Assembly (NCBI GenBank): GCA_003693705.1
Contig: RBZT01000234.1
Coordinates: 20,282 to 84,281, forward strand
Source of the DNA: Polymyxa betae A26-41
Lineage: Eukaryota; Protista; Endomyxa: Phytomyxea
Direction of reading: 5' to 3'
DNA: 64,000 nucleotides
Shown piece after piece: positions 34,606 to 47,500 of the stretch (positions are counted from its first letter, which is position 1; each line of letters opens with the position of its first letter). Position numbers and translations under genes: made by a program. The notes beneath the pieces are model-generated. The model was not told the DNA's origin and did not search any database. It worked only from the letters and a program-made list of their open reading frames with translations.

Positions 34606-37600
34606 ATGTCGTCGCGATGCATCGATTACTTCGCTCTGGTTCGATGTCGTAACACTCCGGCTTTCACAACCGAAGTACAATTGCGGTTTCCGCTTGATGA
34701 TCATGCGGATTGTGCCTTCCCGAAAGAATTGCACATGGTAATAAATTGATATAGTTAGTACAAAAGTATTTATTCGGAATTATAGTTCTGCTTTCCTACT
34801 GGGGATGACATTTTCCGCCGACCTGAAACGGTCCTTCGAGAATTTAGGTTAATGAAGTCATAGCAGCGCTGTGTTTGTAGCTGACGACGATATCAGCTTT
34901 CTCTTAACAGAAATTGATGGACGCCGTGTATACGTCAGCATTATTCGATTTCCCGATGAACACTCAGATGGATCGGTCTGCTGTCTTGCGCTGACGTCAC
35001 ATTGGCCGTTCTACAAACAAATGCTGCAATTCCTAAGATATCTTCGTGCAACTCTTACGACATCCAGGTAGCTGTCTGCCCTGATCGCTGCCGTTTGGTC
35101 CAATAAGACTTTTACAGAACATTTGCCGCTCCTCTTGAATCAATCCTTACGAATCTGATTTTTGAGGTTCCATTGCCTCCTCGTGGAAGAACAGAGGTAT
35201 TAAGATTGTTGTTAATGAACTTCATCACAGTGTCTTATTGTTGACCTTAGGTGATCGTGCCATTAATCAGCACAAATACCGCCCCAATGGAGCTTTGCTT
35301 TAGGCGGCCGCCACCAAATTCTGGCGCTCTTATTGACTACGACTTTAGTGCATTGTTTTACTACTTCTCCCTCGATAGCATAATCACTGTATTCAGCGCC
35401 ATATTCAGCGAAAGGCGAATTGTGCTGGTTTCAAGTCATGAATCATGCTTGACGACGCTATTCGAAGCTGTTCGTATTACACTTCTCTTGCAATTTCCTT
35501 TTCTCAGACATGAACAGTTCAATTGCTTAATTTTTCCGTTTCTATGGCGTCATGCATATATTCCACTCTTGCCCTCGTCTCTGGTTGATTACATCTGCGC
35601 TCCAATGCCGTTTTTGATGGGAATATGCCGAGTGTACTTGCCAGAAAAATCGGCTCTCAATGGCGTCGTGCTCATCGATTGCGACATGAACCATGGTATT
35701 CTGGCCTTGAGACTTTTTGTGATTTCCATTTTGAAGTTTATATTACAGTTACTTTCTTTGACGAGTCAGGAAATGAAGCGACGCCAACTCCATTGCCCGC
35801 TTTACCAGATCGTGCCGGAAAACAGCTTTTGAAACGCTTACGGGCCTTAATTTCACTACAAGAAACGTAAACCCGACATTATTCGTTTTGCCTTTTGCTG
35901 GTGATTAATACGCAATGGCATAGAAATCTCGTCTGCCCGCCTGACGTTCCCATTGATCATGGCTCAGTTAAAGATTGTTTTCTACGATTCTTTGCCGCCA
36001 TCTTCCTCAATTTTCATTCCCATTTTGATGACTCCAAAGAACAATGCTTCGATAAGAAAGCGTTCCTCGAAGCCTGCTCAGAACGGTTTAGATGCCTATC
36101 GTACTGCAATCGATTGCTGATTGTCCATTTAGCTGCGAGTTTGTAAACCAACTGCTAAATACGCAGATGTTTGCTTCGTTTCTTGACGAGCGCATTCAGT
36201 TCTCAGATGATATGGATACTCTGCTTTTTGATGAATACATTCGGCGAGAGCAAGGGAAACCGGCAGCATTTCTTGCAGACACTTCCCAGGTTGCCGATAT
36301 TTAACAATTCGCAACGTATTCATGGTTTCGTTTAGACACACCAGTCCCGGTATGTTTGCCAATCGCCGATAACGAGCGGGAAGGTCACGTATGATTTTGG
36401 GTTTCCTCAAAGTTGGGATACTGTGTCAATTCCTGCTTCAAGGTCAACCGAAATTCTGGTTGATATCTCAACAGAATCCCAGAGAGCGACAACTACGGTA
36501 TGTCTTGGCTATTTCTCCTTACTTCTGCTTTCTAATGATTATAAGGGAATGTCATATGCCTCTTTAAAATTCTTCATGGATCAGGCAAGAATATCTCATG
36601 TCAATTGTTTCTTAAATCTCACAGTCCAACAGAAAACATATTCTCGAAAGCTCCACACAATGTCTCAGCAGTGTGGGCGGGATGATCAAATGTTTCTGTC
36701 CATTGTTAAAAGTATGAGTGAATGGACTACGTTGCAACGTTCAGCTGCGACGACGGAATGCAAATTGCGATTGAATAAGATGAGTCCTGGGGATGAGTTT
36801 TCAATTGCTGACGTTTGGAATCAAGTTTGCGTTTATGTTGAGTAAGTCAGGCAATCCAGTATGTATTGATATTTTGTTTACTAAAGTTAGAGCGACCCAA
36901 AATACCAGACATGCTGAAATGAAGACCATGAACTCTTTGAACGATGATCTGGCCGAACAGATTCACTTCATAGATCGAGAAATTAGGATTCTTTTTGACG
37001 AATCAAAGTAAAGAGTGTCTCAAAATCTACATCATGCATTAATGCAGTGGATTCAGGCAACTTGATGCCGAAGCTACCATGCGCAAAACGGAACTGGAGC
37101 GTGTCAAGCTGCTCTTGGTGAACTCGCGCCAGAAGTTGGCATTAACCGAGCAAGAATCAAGACTACCAGCAGATTTACGCAAATCCGTTTCTCTTTTCAG
37201 GCAAAGTGATCTATCACGCCTTGGTAACGCTTCAGTTTGCATAAACCCATTGATCTCACGAATCTTGCCTTGTAGTCGCTGCCAGATCAGAGGTTCAAGC
37301 AATAAGTATTGAACAGAGCGAAGCGGAAACTGCTTTCTGGACGCATTTGGATCTGTACAACTCCCGGATTCCACAGATTATTTCGGAGCTTCAACGATTG
37401 AATCTATGTCGCGTAGCTGCTCTGAAATCAGCACTGAAGCTGTAGGTACAACGAAGTGTTGAGCATCGAATGTCTAACACTGATATTGTAGACTGACTTC
37501 CAGCCGATTGGAACAACTTCATCAAGAGACGTTAGCGCTTCAGAACCTTTCAGATTCCATCAATTCTGTCAACATAGACGAGACATTGTGAGTTTTCTAC

Positions 37601-40520
37601 CACCAGCATCATCCAGGTCTGACAATGATTCAGGTTTCGAGACAATTTTCCTGCAGCATCTGTCCAACCTAGTCCTCACACGGAGCCAGAGTCTCTTCAT
37701 GCATTCACACCAAGCCCAGTTCCTACACCAAGCGTGAGGCTCGGGGCATCAGATTCTAGGGACTCGCCAGTAAGCTAAGCTTTTTGTCGCTCTGATTCAT
37801 TTATTCTTGACTGCGATTAAAACTTTATATAGACTAATTCATTAGCGAGAATGTCTTTCTCAGCGGACTCCACCAAGTTGTTCCGTTATTCGATTTTACT
37901 TTGGGGGCAATTTGATGTAGTATTTCAACATGCTGTTCATGGAAAAGCAGTTGTAAAGCAACTCTCTATTATCGTGGATGCTGCTTCTGGTCTTTTCGAG
38001 GTATACTTGCTCAGATCGAACGTCGCTCCTGGTTTTGATAATTTAACAGTTCGTCTCTCGCAGCATGGGTAAACTACCTAAATCCAGGTTTGTCTCATCA
38101 TTCAATATGGTCGCTCAATCATAGCTCAATCACAGCAGCGGTCCATCTCGAACAATATCGGCAACTGGTTCATTATCTTCAAAGTTAGTTTCTGCCCGCT
38201 ACATTGTTCGCCATTGTGATGTGGAAAACGCGATTGACGATCAGCTCGATGCGCTTTGCTATGAAGGCTCTCAACAAACGTTACTGATATCACGAAAACT
38301 TCAGCAACTAGTTAGTCTATATTCCTGACAGACTCTGCCGAATTCTTATCTTCTTTCAGTTTGTAGAGATCCGAGTCTTGAAGCGGGAATGTAAGGGCTC
38401 GTTCACAATGATTCAGCGCCGTAGAAATAAACTCGAATCCGATATTCAAGCTGCGAATGAGATTTATCACAAAAATGGTGCTGTGGGATATCCAGTTTTC
38501 TCAAATGTACTGGCATAAGTTGGTACTGATACGACATAAATTTTAACCAATTTCCTTAGACCAATTCAGTTTCAAAATCGCAAAGAGAAATCGATATGCT
38601 TGCCAGGCAATGGGAAACCGCTCTGGTTCAACATCAGCTTGGCAATGCACATCTGCTCGATCAGTTTCAGAGGATCGAGCAACTCCGCCTTACGTCGCTG
38701 AAGAAGATAATGACCGATCTGCATAGCGCTTTGAATGATTTCTGTTCTAATTGGAGAGAAAGTACGAGCAAATGGTGCAAAAATGTCGGCGTTGCTGATG
38801 TGATATTTTCAGTGCAAGCACGGCTTCTATCAACAGTCGATGATGTCAACGTTAGCGTGATCATTGCCGAATATGCTGCCCAATTTCCAGAAGAACAAAG
38901 CAACAAAGAAGTAATGGGAATGTGCTTGAGCGCATTCACGAATGTAACTCTGGGATTTAGCTGTTTGATTTTGTTGGAGATGGAGTCGAGCACGTTTCCG
39001 GCTTGATAGCCTTAATGGAGAATCTTGTCAGTATCGATGAAAAACTGTCCAGCAAGCTACGAAAAATAGCATGGAGTATAGAATTTCAAGAGGTACAGAA
39101 CGGCAAAGTGTTTAACTTGTTTTTGATGCAAAAGTTTAGGCGATGCCATCTATATCAAAGGCATTGGGGTCGGTTTCATCATTTTTCCAGTTTTGGCCGA
39201 AAGCGCTTGATAAAGATGTCATGATCCGGAGGTTGAAAACTTGAAACATTGTGAAAATCTTTCTAAAACGACATCAGGGACGACATTGTTGAACTGCGAC
39301 GATTGCGAGATCAATGGCAATCGAAACTCGCTATTGCCATAAACAAGGCTCAGGTTAGGTTACTTAATCAATATGAAAAGCCATCACCAAAAGTCTTAGG
39401 TGGAAAAGAAGAATCGAGATGCTGTGGTATCATCATATGAGCATGCTCGAGCTGATCTCGCCAAAGCAATGCAAACAGTCACTCAAAATCGGGAGCGTCT
39501 TACCAGAGCCGAGTCGGAAAGTTCCCAGCCCGACGCTGGCCTGAGAATAATGAAGTTTATGAAAACCCCAATTGACAAACAACGGTAAGCATCCTCGAAA
39601 GGAAATAGCTTTCCCAACTAAATTGTGAAGGATTCGCCTTGTAGAATCTCAGGCTGAACTAGAAGCAGCACATGCTAATTGTAGTCGTCTCGAACTGGAG
39701 ACGAAAAATACAGAACAAAAATACACTTCAGCGATCAGTTCACTTCGCGCCTTTGCACTGGTCGGGAATTGGGCAGAGCCTTTGTCAGAACCTAATATCC
39801 TTTCAGGAAATCGAACAGGCTCGCCTCAGTGGCCTCTTTACAATAACGAAAAAATTCATGCAACATGTCATGCAAGGCAACGGCATTATTGCTGATGCTG
39901 TTAGTTCGTTGGCGACGGCTGTTCGGGAGGGTATATAGTGTGTCATATCATCGTTGTGTATATACACCAAGCGTTGTTTGTAGTTGATGTCCAATTGGAC
40001 ATGACTAGCTGGGTCGAAACCATGAGAACGAAAACCTCTTTCGAATGCCCAGAGGTTGTCTTACGTAATCTGGAACGGGGTGTTGAAGATGCAGATCTGC
40101 AAATACAAGATCGGAGTGATGGTGCTTCAGCTGAACCACAATCCATGAAGTATCTGCGTCCAATTGCTGAGCACGGTAAGACGACGCCATACCCAAATGG
40201 TATCACTAATATCCTTGCAGCAACACTGGAAACCACAACCACATCAACTGCCATTTCAGGCAGTAACTCTCCAAAGCCGTTTTACACAATCAATGATCAT
40301 ACAAACGGAGAAAATTCTCTATCAGTATGAACACGAACTTATACACCGATTGATGATAACCATGACACTACAGAATGAAACAGACGATGGGCGTTCCAAT
40401 CAAGCACCTCTTGCGAATGAAGCTCCTGAAGGATTTGATCTGGCCCCTCCCCAACGAATAAGGCATTTGGCTGCCGGTTTTGTCTCCGATGCATCAAGTG
40501 TAAGTACTCTAAGCGATTAG
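34606..40520 (+). CDS. DENN-domain (Rab GEF) protein with C-terminal F-BAR-like helical domains (>20 exons)
   Basis: uDENN (IDYFALV...RFP..D; FCFP; FLLTEIDGRRVY), cDENN (LIFEVPLPPRG; SERRIVLVS; FPFLWRHAYIPLLP; APMPFLMG), dDENN (FLRFFAAI; TQMFASFLDER), then helical modules including LWGQFDVVFQHAVHGK, FQRIEQLRL and FQEIEQARL. Confidence 0.8.
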
Positions 40521-40763
40521 ATGCAATCATCGTTGAGCGTATGAGCATCAAAAATGGCCAATGCAGAAAGGGACAGACTGCATATTTGCTTTATCAAACA
40601 ACGATACAAACAGCAGGCCAGAAAGAATCCCATTCCGGTAGATCTTTAAAAATGTATAATTATTTCATAAATGATAAACTGCATACAATATTAATGGCAA
40701 TAGTTACCATGGAAACAGTAAAATCATCGGTACCGCTTAGACAGATATATAAAACGATCGTAC

Positions 40764-41311
40764 TCAGTGCCTAACACAAAGCGGTGGAAAGTGGTCAATT
40801 CTTCGCCGTTTACGGAACATAATCAGGTTTCGACAAAGAATGAAACGCCCGATTTTATATTTCTGGTCTTCTTCAGCGGTTGATAACTACAGCCCATTGA
40901 TTTCTGAACTCAGTACGAATATTGAATAGGCATGTATGGCTTACATAATGCCAACCAAGCTCAGCTCCACATTCGAGGCAGTATATTGGACAGATGACAT
41001 GCAAGCCGGTGTTCAGCATTTGCTGTCTCGCCGGACCGAATCGTAAGTTCGCCCTGGAATCACTGTTGGCAGAGGACTTAACCAAAAGCATCCAGTTCAT
41101 ATCCTCACACAAAGTTGAATAGATAAGCAGGGCTTGACTGACTGATGAAGTTCTACCATCAGTTTCAGAACAGGCTCAATTGCACTGAGCCAGCAATGAC
41201 ACCTACTTTGCTGATCAGGTCGCGCTTCACAGCCAGGTGCATCCGACAATGGCGGCAGATAATAACCGAATCCGTCGAACCGTTATAATATTGGACCAGA
41301 AGATGACCCAT
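40764..41311 (-). CDS. Yippee-like zinc-binding protein
   Basis: ICRHCRMHL...DLISK, RQQMLNTGLHVICPIYCLECGAELGWHY and EEDQKYKIGRFIL. Confidence 0.93.
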
Positions 41312-41687
41312 GATCGGATGACACTAAGTGATAGTTCCCTGCGATGAACCGAAATCTTATATGATGCGCAGCCGCTCATTGCACCCCGCTGAAAGCCATC
41401 TATAGTCTATCGGCATGGCGCGACCGCCAATCATCTTCTGCCATGCAATAACGAGGTTGCTGCTGGGCGGTTATGCCGGCCCATCCGCAACAGGCGCAGA
41501 TTGAGGATCTGGAGGGGTTCCATCGTGTATATAGCATTTGTTGCTGGTTCCTGTTTGTGTGTATAGATGTATCGACACCAGCAAGCCATTGTTGAAGATC
41601 TCGATAAGAGAGCCTTTCAGCGTAGTATTCAGCTATAAGCTTGCGAGGGATAGAGAAAACTGGAACAGTGACGTCTGAGGTATCAGT

Positions 41688-42485
41688 TTAATTGCAGAGA
41701 TGCTGACGATGGAGAACAGCTTCCAAATGCTTTGTTAGAACGGGATTCGATTCCGTAGCCATATCGATCGTATAGTGCAGTTCGTCGTTCTGAACTCGAA
41801 TCTTTCTTCTACCATAGAAAATCAATACGATTATAAAGCACATTCATGAACCATACCGAATCTGGGTGACAAACGGTGAAGAAGCGTGGCTGATTCGATT
41901 TATTGCTTTCGACTCCAGTTCAATAACAAGTTCGCCGCTACTATCAATGAGGTGTTGTTTTCCAAAGGCCTCAGAACAAACTACTTCTCTGCATTGAGTG
42001 TTCCTTCGCTGATCTCAGTTAGGCCCTTAGCATGACAGAAAACGGCTTCGATTTTGTCGTTATCGAAGACTTGCAGGTAGCCAGACTCACCGTGCATTGG
42101 CATCGATGTTTCGAACTGGAATCGTCACGACTATAAGCTCAAGGCGAGAGATGGGCATGGACATACATTTTTAGTTTGCTGTATCATGAAGAGAAATGGC
42201 TGGCCTGTAGAGGAGAAGGAGATGGAATCTTGGTACTTGAAGGACTTGATAGTTGGATACTCACCAGACCCCATTCCTACCTTTCGAGCATCAATATCAA
42301 GTGATAATTTCATCCCATATCAACAAACAACAAAAATCAAACCAAAACGTCGTAGCAAAAAGCCATTTCGCACTACCCATGAGCCTGTAAAGATGTCACA
42401 TGGAATCAGTAAGGGCAGTCATCTACCCACCAAAAAGATCCTGAACAATTGACAATTTCGGATGGATCTGCTTAGAGGATTCCAT
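41688..42485 (-). CDS. Nitrobindin (THAP4-like / DUF1794 heme-binding beta-barrel)
   Basis: Spliced product IHPKL...FGSWVGMGSGEYPTIKSFKY...GQPFL...PMHGESGYL...GLTEISEG...LHYTIDMAT...LTKHLEAVL, including the heme-ligating His. Largely missed by the ORF track. Confidence 0.88.
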
Positions 42486-43518
42486 TGTCGGATGAGCACT
42501 CATTCTATATTTCGTCGAAATTTGCCAAAATAAAGAAACCAAACGGAAGGTATCAAAGTTGCGCAATCCGCTGCTTTATTCCTTTGGCTTGCTTTCAACA
42601 GGTTTTTCTTTGTTCGGTTTTCTTCCCACGCCAGAGTGACTCGTTTCGACACTGTCTTCGCTGTCGGTATCGTCCAGCATGGCTAGAAGTAGAAGAATAT
42701 CATCGCTGTCGTCACTATCGCTGTCGTTAAACAGTCTCGACTGTCACTGTTGCCAGAATGTAGCTTGATCCATGATCGATCGCAGATAGTGATTGCACGT
42801 GCCGGTGGAGGACCCCGTCCAAACCTTTATTTCAAATATCAATATGTAAATGTGATGATAAAGATGTAATTGCGCGCGTTGCTGCCGGTGCTGGCGGTGC
42901 ACATGCTCTAAAAGTTAAATAAAGCAAGCGTTTAAAGCAAAATTTGTGCGGGAGGGAATTAAACCTGCTCGCTTTGAAACAAAAGCAATCTATAATCAAA
43001 CTCGATATGACACGCCAATCACTTCGTGGGCGACTGTTGGAGGATGCTGAACAGTGCTTTCTGCTGCTCTGCATGCAATATGCCATATCTCGCAATAGGA
43101 ACCGTCATCGCGCTGATAGGTTAAAGCAAACTTGCCAATAAACTGATACAGTTTATTGCTGTGCTTCGTCACGTTGGAAACTCCATTTGTTTTGATTTTA
43201 CACAGAATCATTCCTGTTTAGGTTCGAAATGTCGCGCCTCGTCGCAGGTTGCCTAGAGACCTGGGAGGTATAGGAATCTGAGGAAGAAGTTCGATGCTGT
43301 GCGATGCCCTTTAATAAAGAAATAGAAGAACAACAACCTACAACCGGTAGTACGTAATACTTGAAATATATGCATTGAACATTATAAAAGCTGAAAATGT
43401 TGAAGGATAGAGCCAATATAATTACGGACGAAAATGAAGCAGATGTCAATTAAGTTTAGAACGTCATATGACTATAAAAGATCATAGTTAGTTCTATCAA
43501 TTCGAAGATTAAGGAGTT

Positions 43519-44310
43519 TTAGAAAGAGAAGAAGGGCGAAAGCAATAACGACACTGCCAGAGGTACTAACTCCATCATTGCATTGTCATCGATGAAGGAT
43601 AGTTTGGGATATTCGGCAGCTACGCTTAAAGGTCCCATAATGGCAACCAGCCACCAGACCGCTTCCCGAATCGTAGCTCCAATCGCAGCCCAAATCGCCC
43701 AAACGGCCACAGTCGCGATACAGCTCCTTTCTAAAGTCGAGAATCCATGACCAGGCCTGAACAGTCTTCCGAATACGCCATGAGATTTCAGCTCGCCGAT
43801 TAACGGGTCGATTATGCCCAGCGTCCATAAAATCGGCATACCGATTATAGCTCGCTCACCAAATTGCTGATCGGAGGCCCAGGGTCGTTTTTGGGGCGCA
43901 GCGATCAAGACAACAGCAGCACCAATCGTTCCCCAGGCTTGAGCTGAAACTTGATCGGCTTCATAGCTTCGGAATCCGAAACACACGAACTTGAATCGTA
44001 TTCGGATCAGTTCGAGAACGACTTGGATCAGAGCCAGGATCGTGAGGATCTTCGACGCAGAGATGCCAAAGAACTGCCCGATCTCATTGTAAAAGTAATA
44101 ATATAGAAATGAGCAAGATGTGAACAGGCCGATATGGTACGAACGCCTGAACAAATGAGGAAGTCCACCACGTCCATGACCGCCGACCGTTAATGCAGCT
44201 GTATTCTGATCAGAAGGGATCCCAGAATTCTGTGATGAATTTCCTGGAGGTCTAGAAACATTGTCTAAAGGAACAGCAGCGACATCAATATCGACTACCT
44301 GGCCATCCAT
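43519..44310 (-). CDS. Integral membrane protein, CTP-dependent lipid kinase-like (phytol/dolichol/DAG kinase superfamily)
   Basis: FRRSYH, LELIR, RSYE, IIDPLIGE, AAE and IDDN motifs with ~7 TM helices. Intronless. Confidence 0.65.
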   Translation of the reverse strand: MDGQVVDIDVAAVPLDNVSRPPGNSSQNSGIPSDQNTAALTVGGHGRGGLPHLFRRSYHIGLFTSCSFLYYYFYNEIGQFFGISASKILTILALIQVVLELIRIRFKFVCFGFRSYEADQVSAQAWGTIGAAVVLIAAPQKRPWASDQQFGERAIIGMPILWTLGIIDPLIGELKSHGVFGRLFRPGHGFSTLERSCIATVAVWAIWAAIGATIREAVWWLVAIMGPLSVAAEYPKLSFIDDNAMMELVPLAVSLLLSPFFSF

Positions 44311-44521
44311 GAAGATGGGCAAATGACAGTGATAATGATGGTATTGCTAAAATACAGGCAGTCATAACGAAATGGGTCCGAATCTGATCGATGCAAAGAT
44401 TAATCGAGGCATGGAATAGTCTCGAAGGATGAGATCGACAGGCTGAGCAAGCAATATATTCTATTAACGATTAAAATGATGTCGAAATATTGTAGATAAC
44501 GCAAAGCTAACATCGTACAGA

Positions 44522-47500
44522 CTAGCAGGAGGAACCTTCGACAGAACGCAGCTCGACTGAAGATTCTTTCGTGTCATGATCACTGACTGGCATAGATTCT
44601 TTGCTGGCTTCCGAATCGATGCCGATGCTCTGACCCTCTCGACCGTCCTTATCTTGAACCTCTTGCTGAAGCTGCTGGACGGTCTCATTGTTCAAATAAA
44701 CAACTTCTTTAATAGGAGTAAACACAGACGGCCTGAAGGATATTAATGTTCGGTTCGGAATGCAGATAAAACATTGATACTTTGCCTGCTGAATCCAACA
44801 GAGAGCAGCAGCAGTCGGTTTTACAGTGATTTGTTGTGGGTCATTCTTAGCAGCTAGAACAGCACCTCGTGTGAACATATTCAACCAATTATTGCATTGA
44901 GCAACAAGACCATCTACAGAAATGTCAGCATTCATCGACGTTCCTCGCTAATCAATGTACCATTGCCAAGCGATTGGGCAGCAGTACGAGCGCGTTTCTC
45001 GTATTGGACAGCTTCCCGAAATTGACGCAGGACAGCGTATGAGAACGCAATGCTGTGGAAGGCAGTCACCAAATGCAGATGCACAGCATTGGCACCAGTG
45101 GCGCGTTCAAGCCTGGCAAGGCCATCCAGCTGAACTTTTAAAGCCTCTGCATAACTGGGCTAAATCGCAAGTAAAAGAAGACATTTAATCAATTACCCTC
45201 TGGTTTGGAATATTCCATGAAAATCACACCGAGATTCAACATAGCAGTAGCAGTTTCAGGATATGAAGGCCCTCCCAAAATCTACAAGGCACATTTATTA
45301 GTACAAAGAGCATTAGAGAACGTCGCAATGCGTAAAAAGAAACAGACCTCAAATATTTGTTTAGCTTTAGAGGCATGCTTCAAAGCACGCTGATGGAATC
45401 CGCCGCACATCAAGAATAACGCATGTTGTGAATGCGCCCGGGCCAATTCTCCATCAACGGAACCGTAAAGGCGCTCGTAAATGATAATTACACGATATGA
45501 ATGATCAATGGCGCTGACAGTGTCACCGCATCGATAGCTGTGGAAAGAATCAATGAAAAAAATGAATGAAAAGAATAACCATGCTGTACGAGATCAAAGA
45601 TAGCATGGAGAACGCCTCTGCCACATCAGGATGAATTGAACCAGCAACAGAGCACAAAACTTGAATTAGTTGAGAGAGAATTTCATGAGCGGATGCATGA
45701 TCGTCTGAGATCGAGCTAAGCAAAAAGAGGAAAGCATCACATAGCAACAAACCGTTGGCCATCTTGCTCCGAGCTGTTGCAAATACTGATGACGTATCAA
45801 TATTATTAGGTAGATAATATTTGGGAACCGGTTTCATATCCAGCAGGTCATCAATTGAAATTCCTTTGCCAGATTCACTGAAATCATACTCGCTACGTCG
45901 AAGTCTCAAACCAACAGCTGAAATGCATGTCAGGATATCAGATTGGAGTGATAGAAAACCCTGTACCTTGACAAATGGCGGTGAGCACAGCAATTGGCAC
46001 GGGATTGCAAGAAACGCGCTCATCATGGACGTAAGAGAAGCGCGACACCATCTAAATGTCACGTCAGGCAACAACAAATGAGAAAATGTTTGAACGACCT
46101 CATTAGTGATACGAGTCCAGCAGGCGTTTCTTGCCTTGTTTCTGGATTGTCGTTGAAGGACATTGTTCAGGAACGCAACAATGACTGGGGCCACAGGACC
46201 CGATGCACCAATTGCACGAAGTTCTGAGGACAGAATATGTTTGCATGACCGAACAAGCATTTCCCTGAATACGCAGGTGGCCAACGTAATACATAATTCA
46301 GGCTGCTTATCGAACAGGTTCTCTCTAAAAAACGAATCAGAAAGGAGAATACACCGAAGATTGAGCGAAAGACGAACATGATATATTGGTGAACATGGCC
46401 AAGATAACGCATGTTGACACCATGAGAATGGAAGAGACCCGAGATGGATCGGCTGTCAATACAGCTATTGGTGAAGGACAGCATATCTTCAACAATGGCA
46501 GGAATTGCTCGATCATAAATCGATTTGGCAAGCTCTTGCAACATCTAAACAGCATTTAAAATCGGCGGCTTTTCACGACCTCTGTTCAAAACCTCAAGAT
46601 CTCGGGTGCTTTCGGAAGCAACGCGATATTGGGTCATACAGTTGAGATTAAATTTAACTGCAGCAGCCTCAGCTTCAACGTCCGCAACTGCAATAACACA
46701 AGGATTTGTCGAAGAGGTGTCAACTTCGCCAGTGGACGATTTTCTTGGTTCAAGGTCAGAAACAACGGTTCCATCAAGTTCGCCAGTTTCAGCGCGATCG
46801 AGCGACTTTTTGGTGTCGTTCACATGGGGCGAAGCCGATTTCATAACCTTGTCTAACGCAACATCATGACACCACCTAAATGTGATCAGACCGATGCCAA
46901 TTTCAAGAGTTTCGAAAGTGAATCTAACCGGTTAACTAATTCGAAACGCAGCACAGCGGATAGCATATCCGGAAAATTGGCATCTCGTGGTGTAATGCGA
47001 ACCATATCCATCAAGTAAGTACGACCATCAGATGTTGACAAGCCTGTAAAACGTTAACGGCAGCCAAAGATCCAGAATCAGAACGGACCTTTGCAATCCA
47101 TTGGCAGCGCGATCGATTCTAAGACGTTTTCATGGCTATCCAAGATATCGCTTTTGGCCCAATGAAGCCTACAATCATAAGAAAGACGACAGGAGGTTTT
47201 CGCCAAACACAAACCTTTCAGCAAGCTTCTCAGTTAAGTCGACAAACGCCTGATTATCAGTTTTGTTAACATGAGGTACCATGGCTGGTGCCATATCGGC
47301 TTCTTCTGGTGATTGATCGACACTGCCAAACAGCAACGTCGATCCACCACCATTCAGAATACCAGGAATGATGGCCTGACAAACTAGGCGAACCCCAGCG
47401 TAATCGACGACAGCCGACATCAGAGTATGAAGTTTGGCATCACCAACTTCGCTCTTTGGAAGAACAATGAAAATCTGCATTCCGACAAACCCATTAGACA

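Noticed and set aside
42530-43450. Fragmentary minus-strand ORFs, including an acidic DSDSDDSDDILLLLAML stretch reminiscent of a Harbinger transposase N-terminus
   Set aside because: No catalytic domain or convincing TIRs were found, and no reliable gene could be built.
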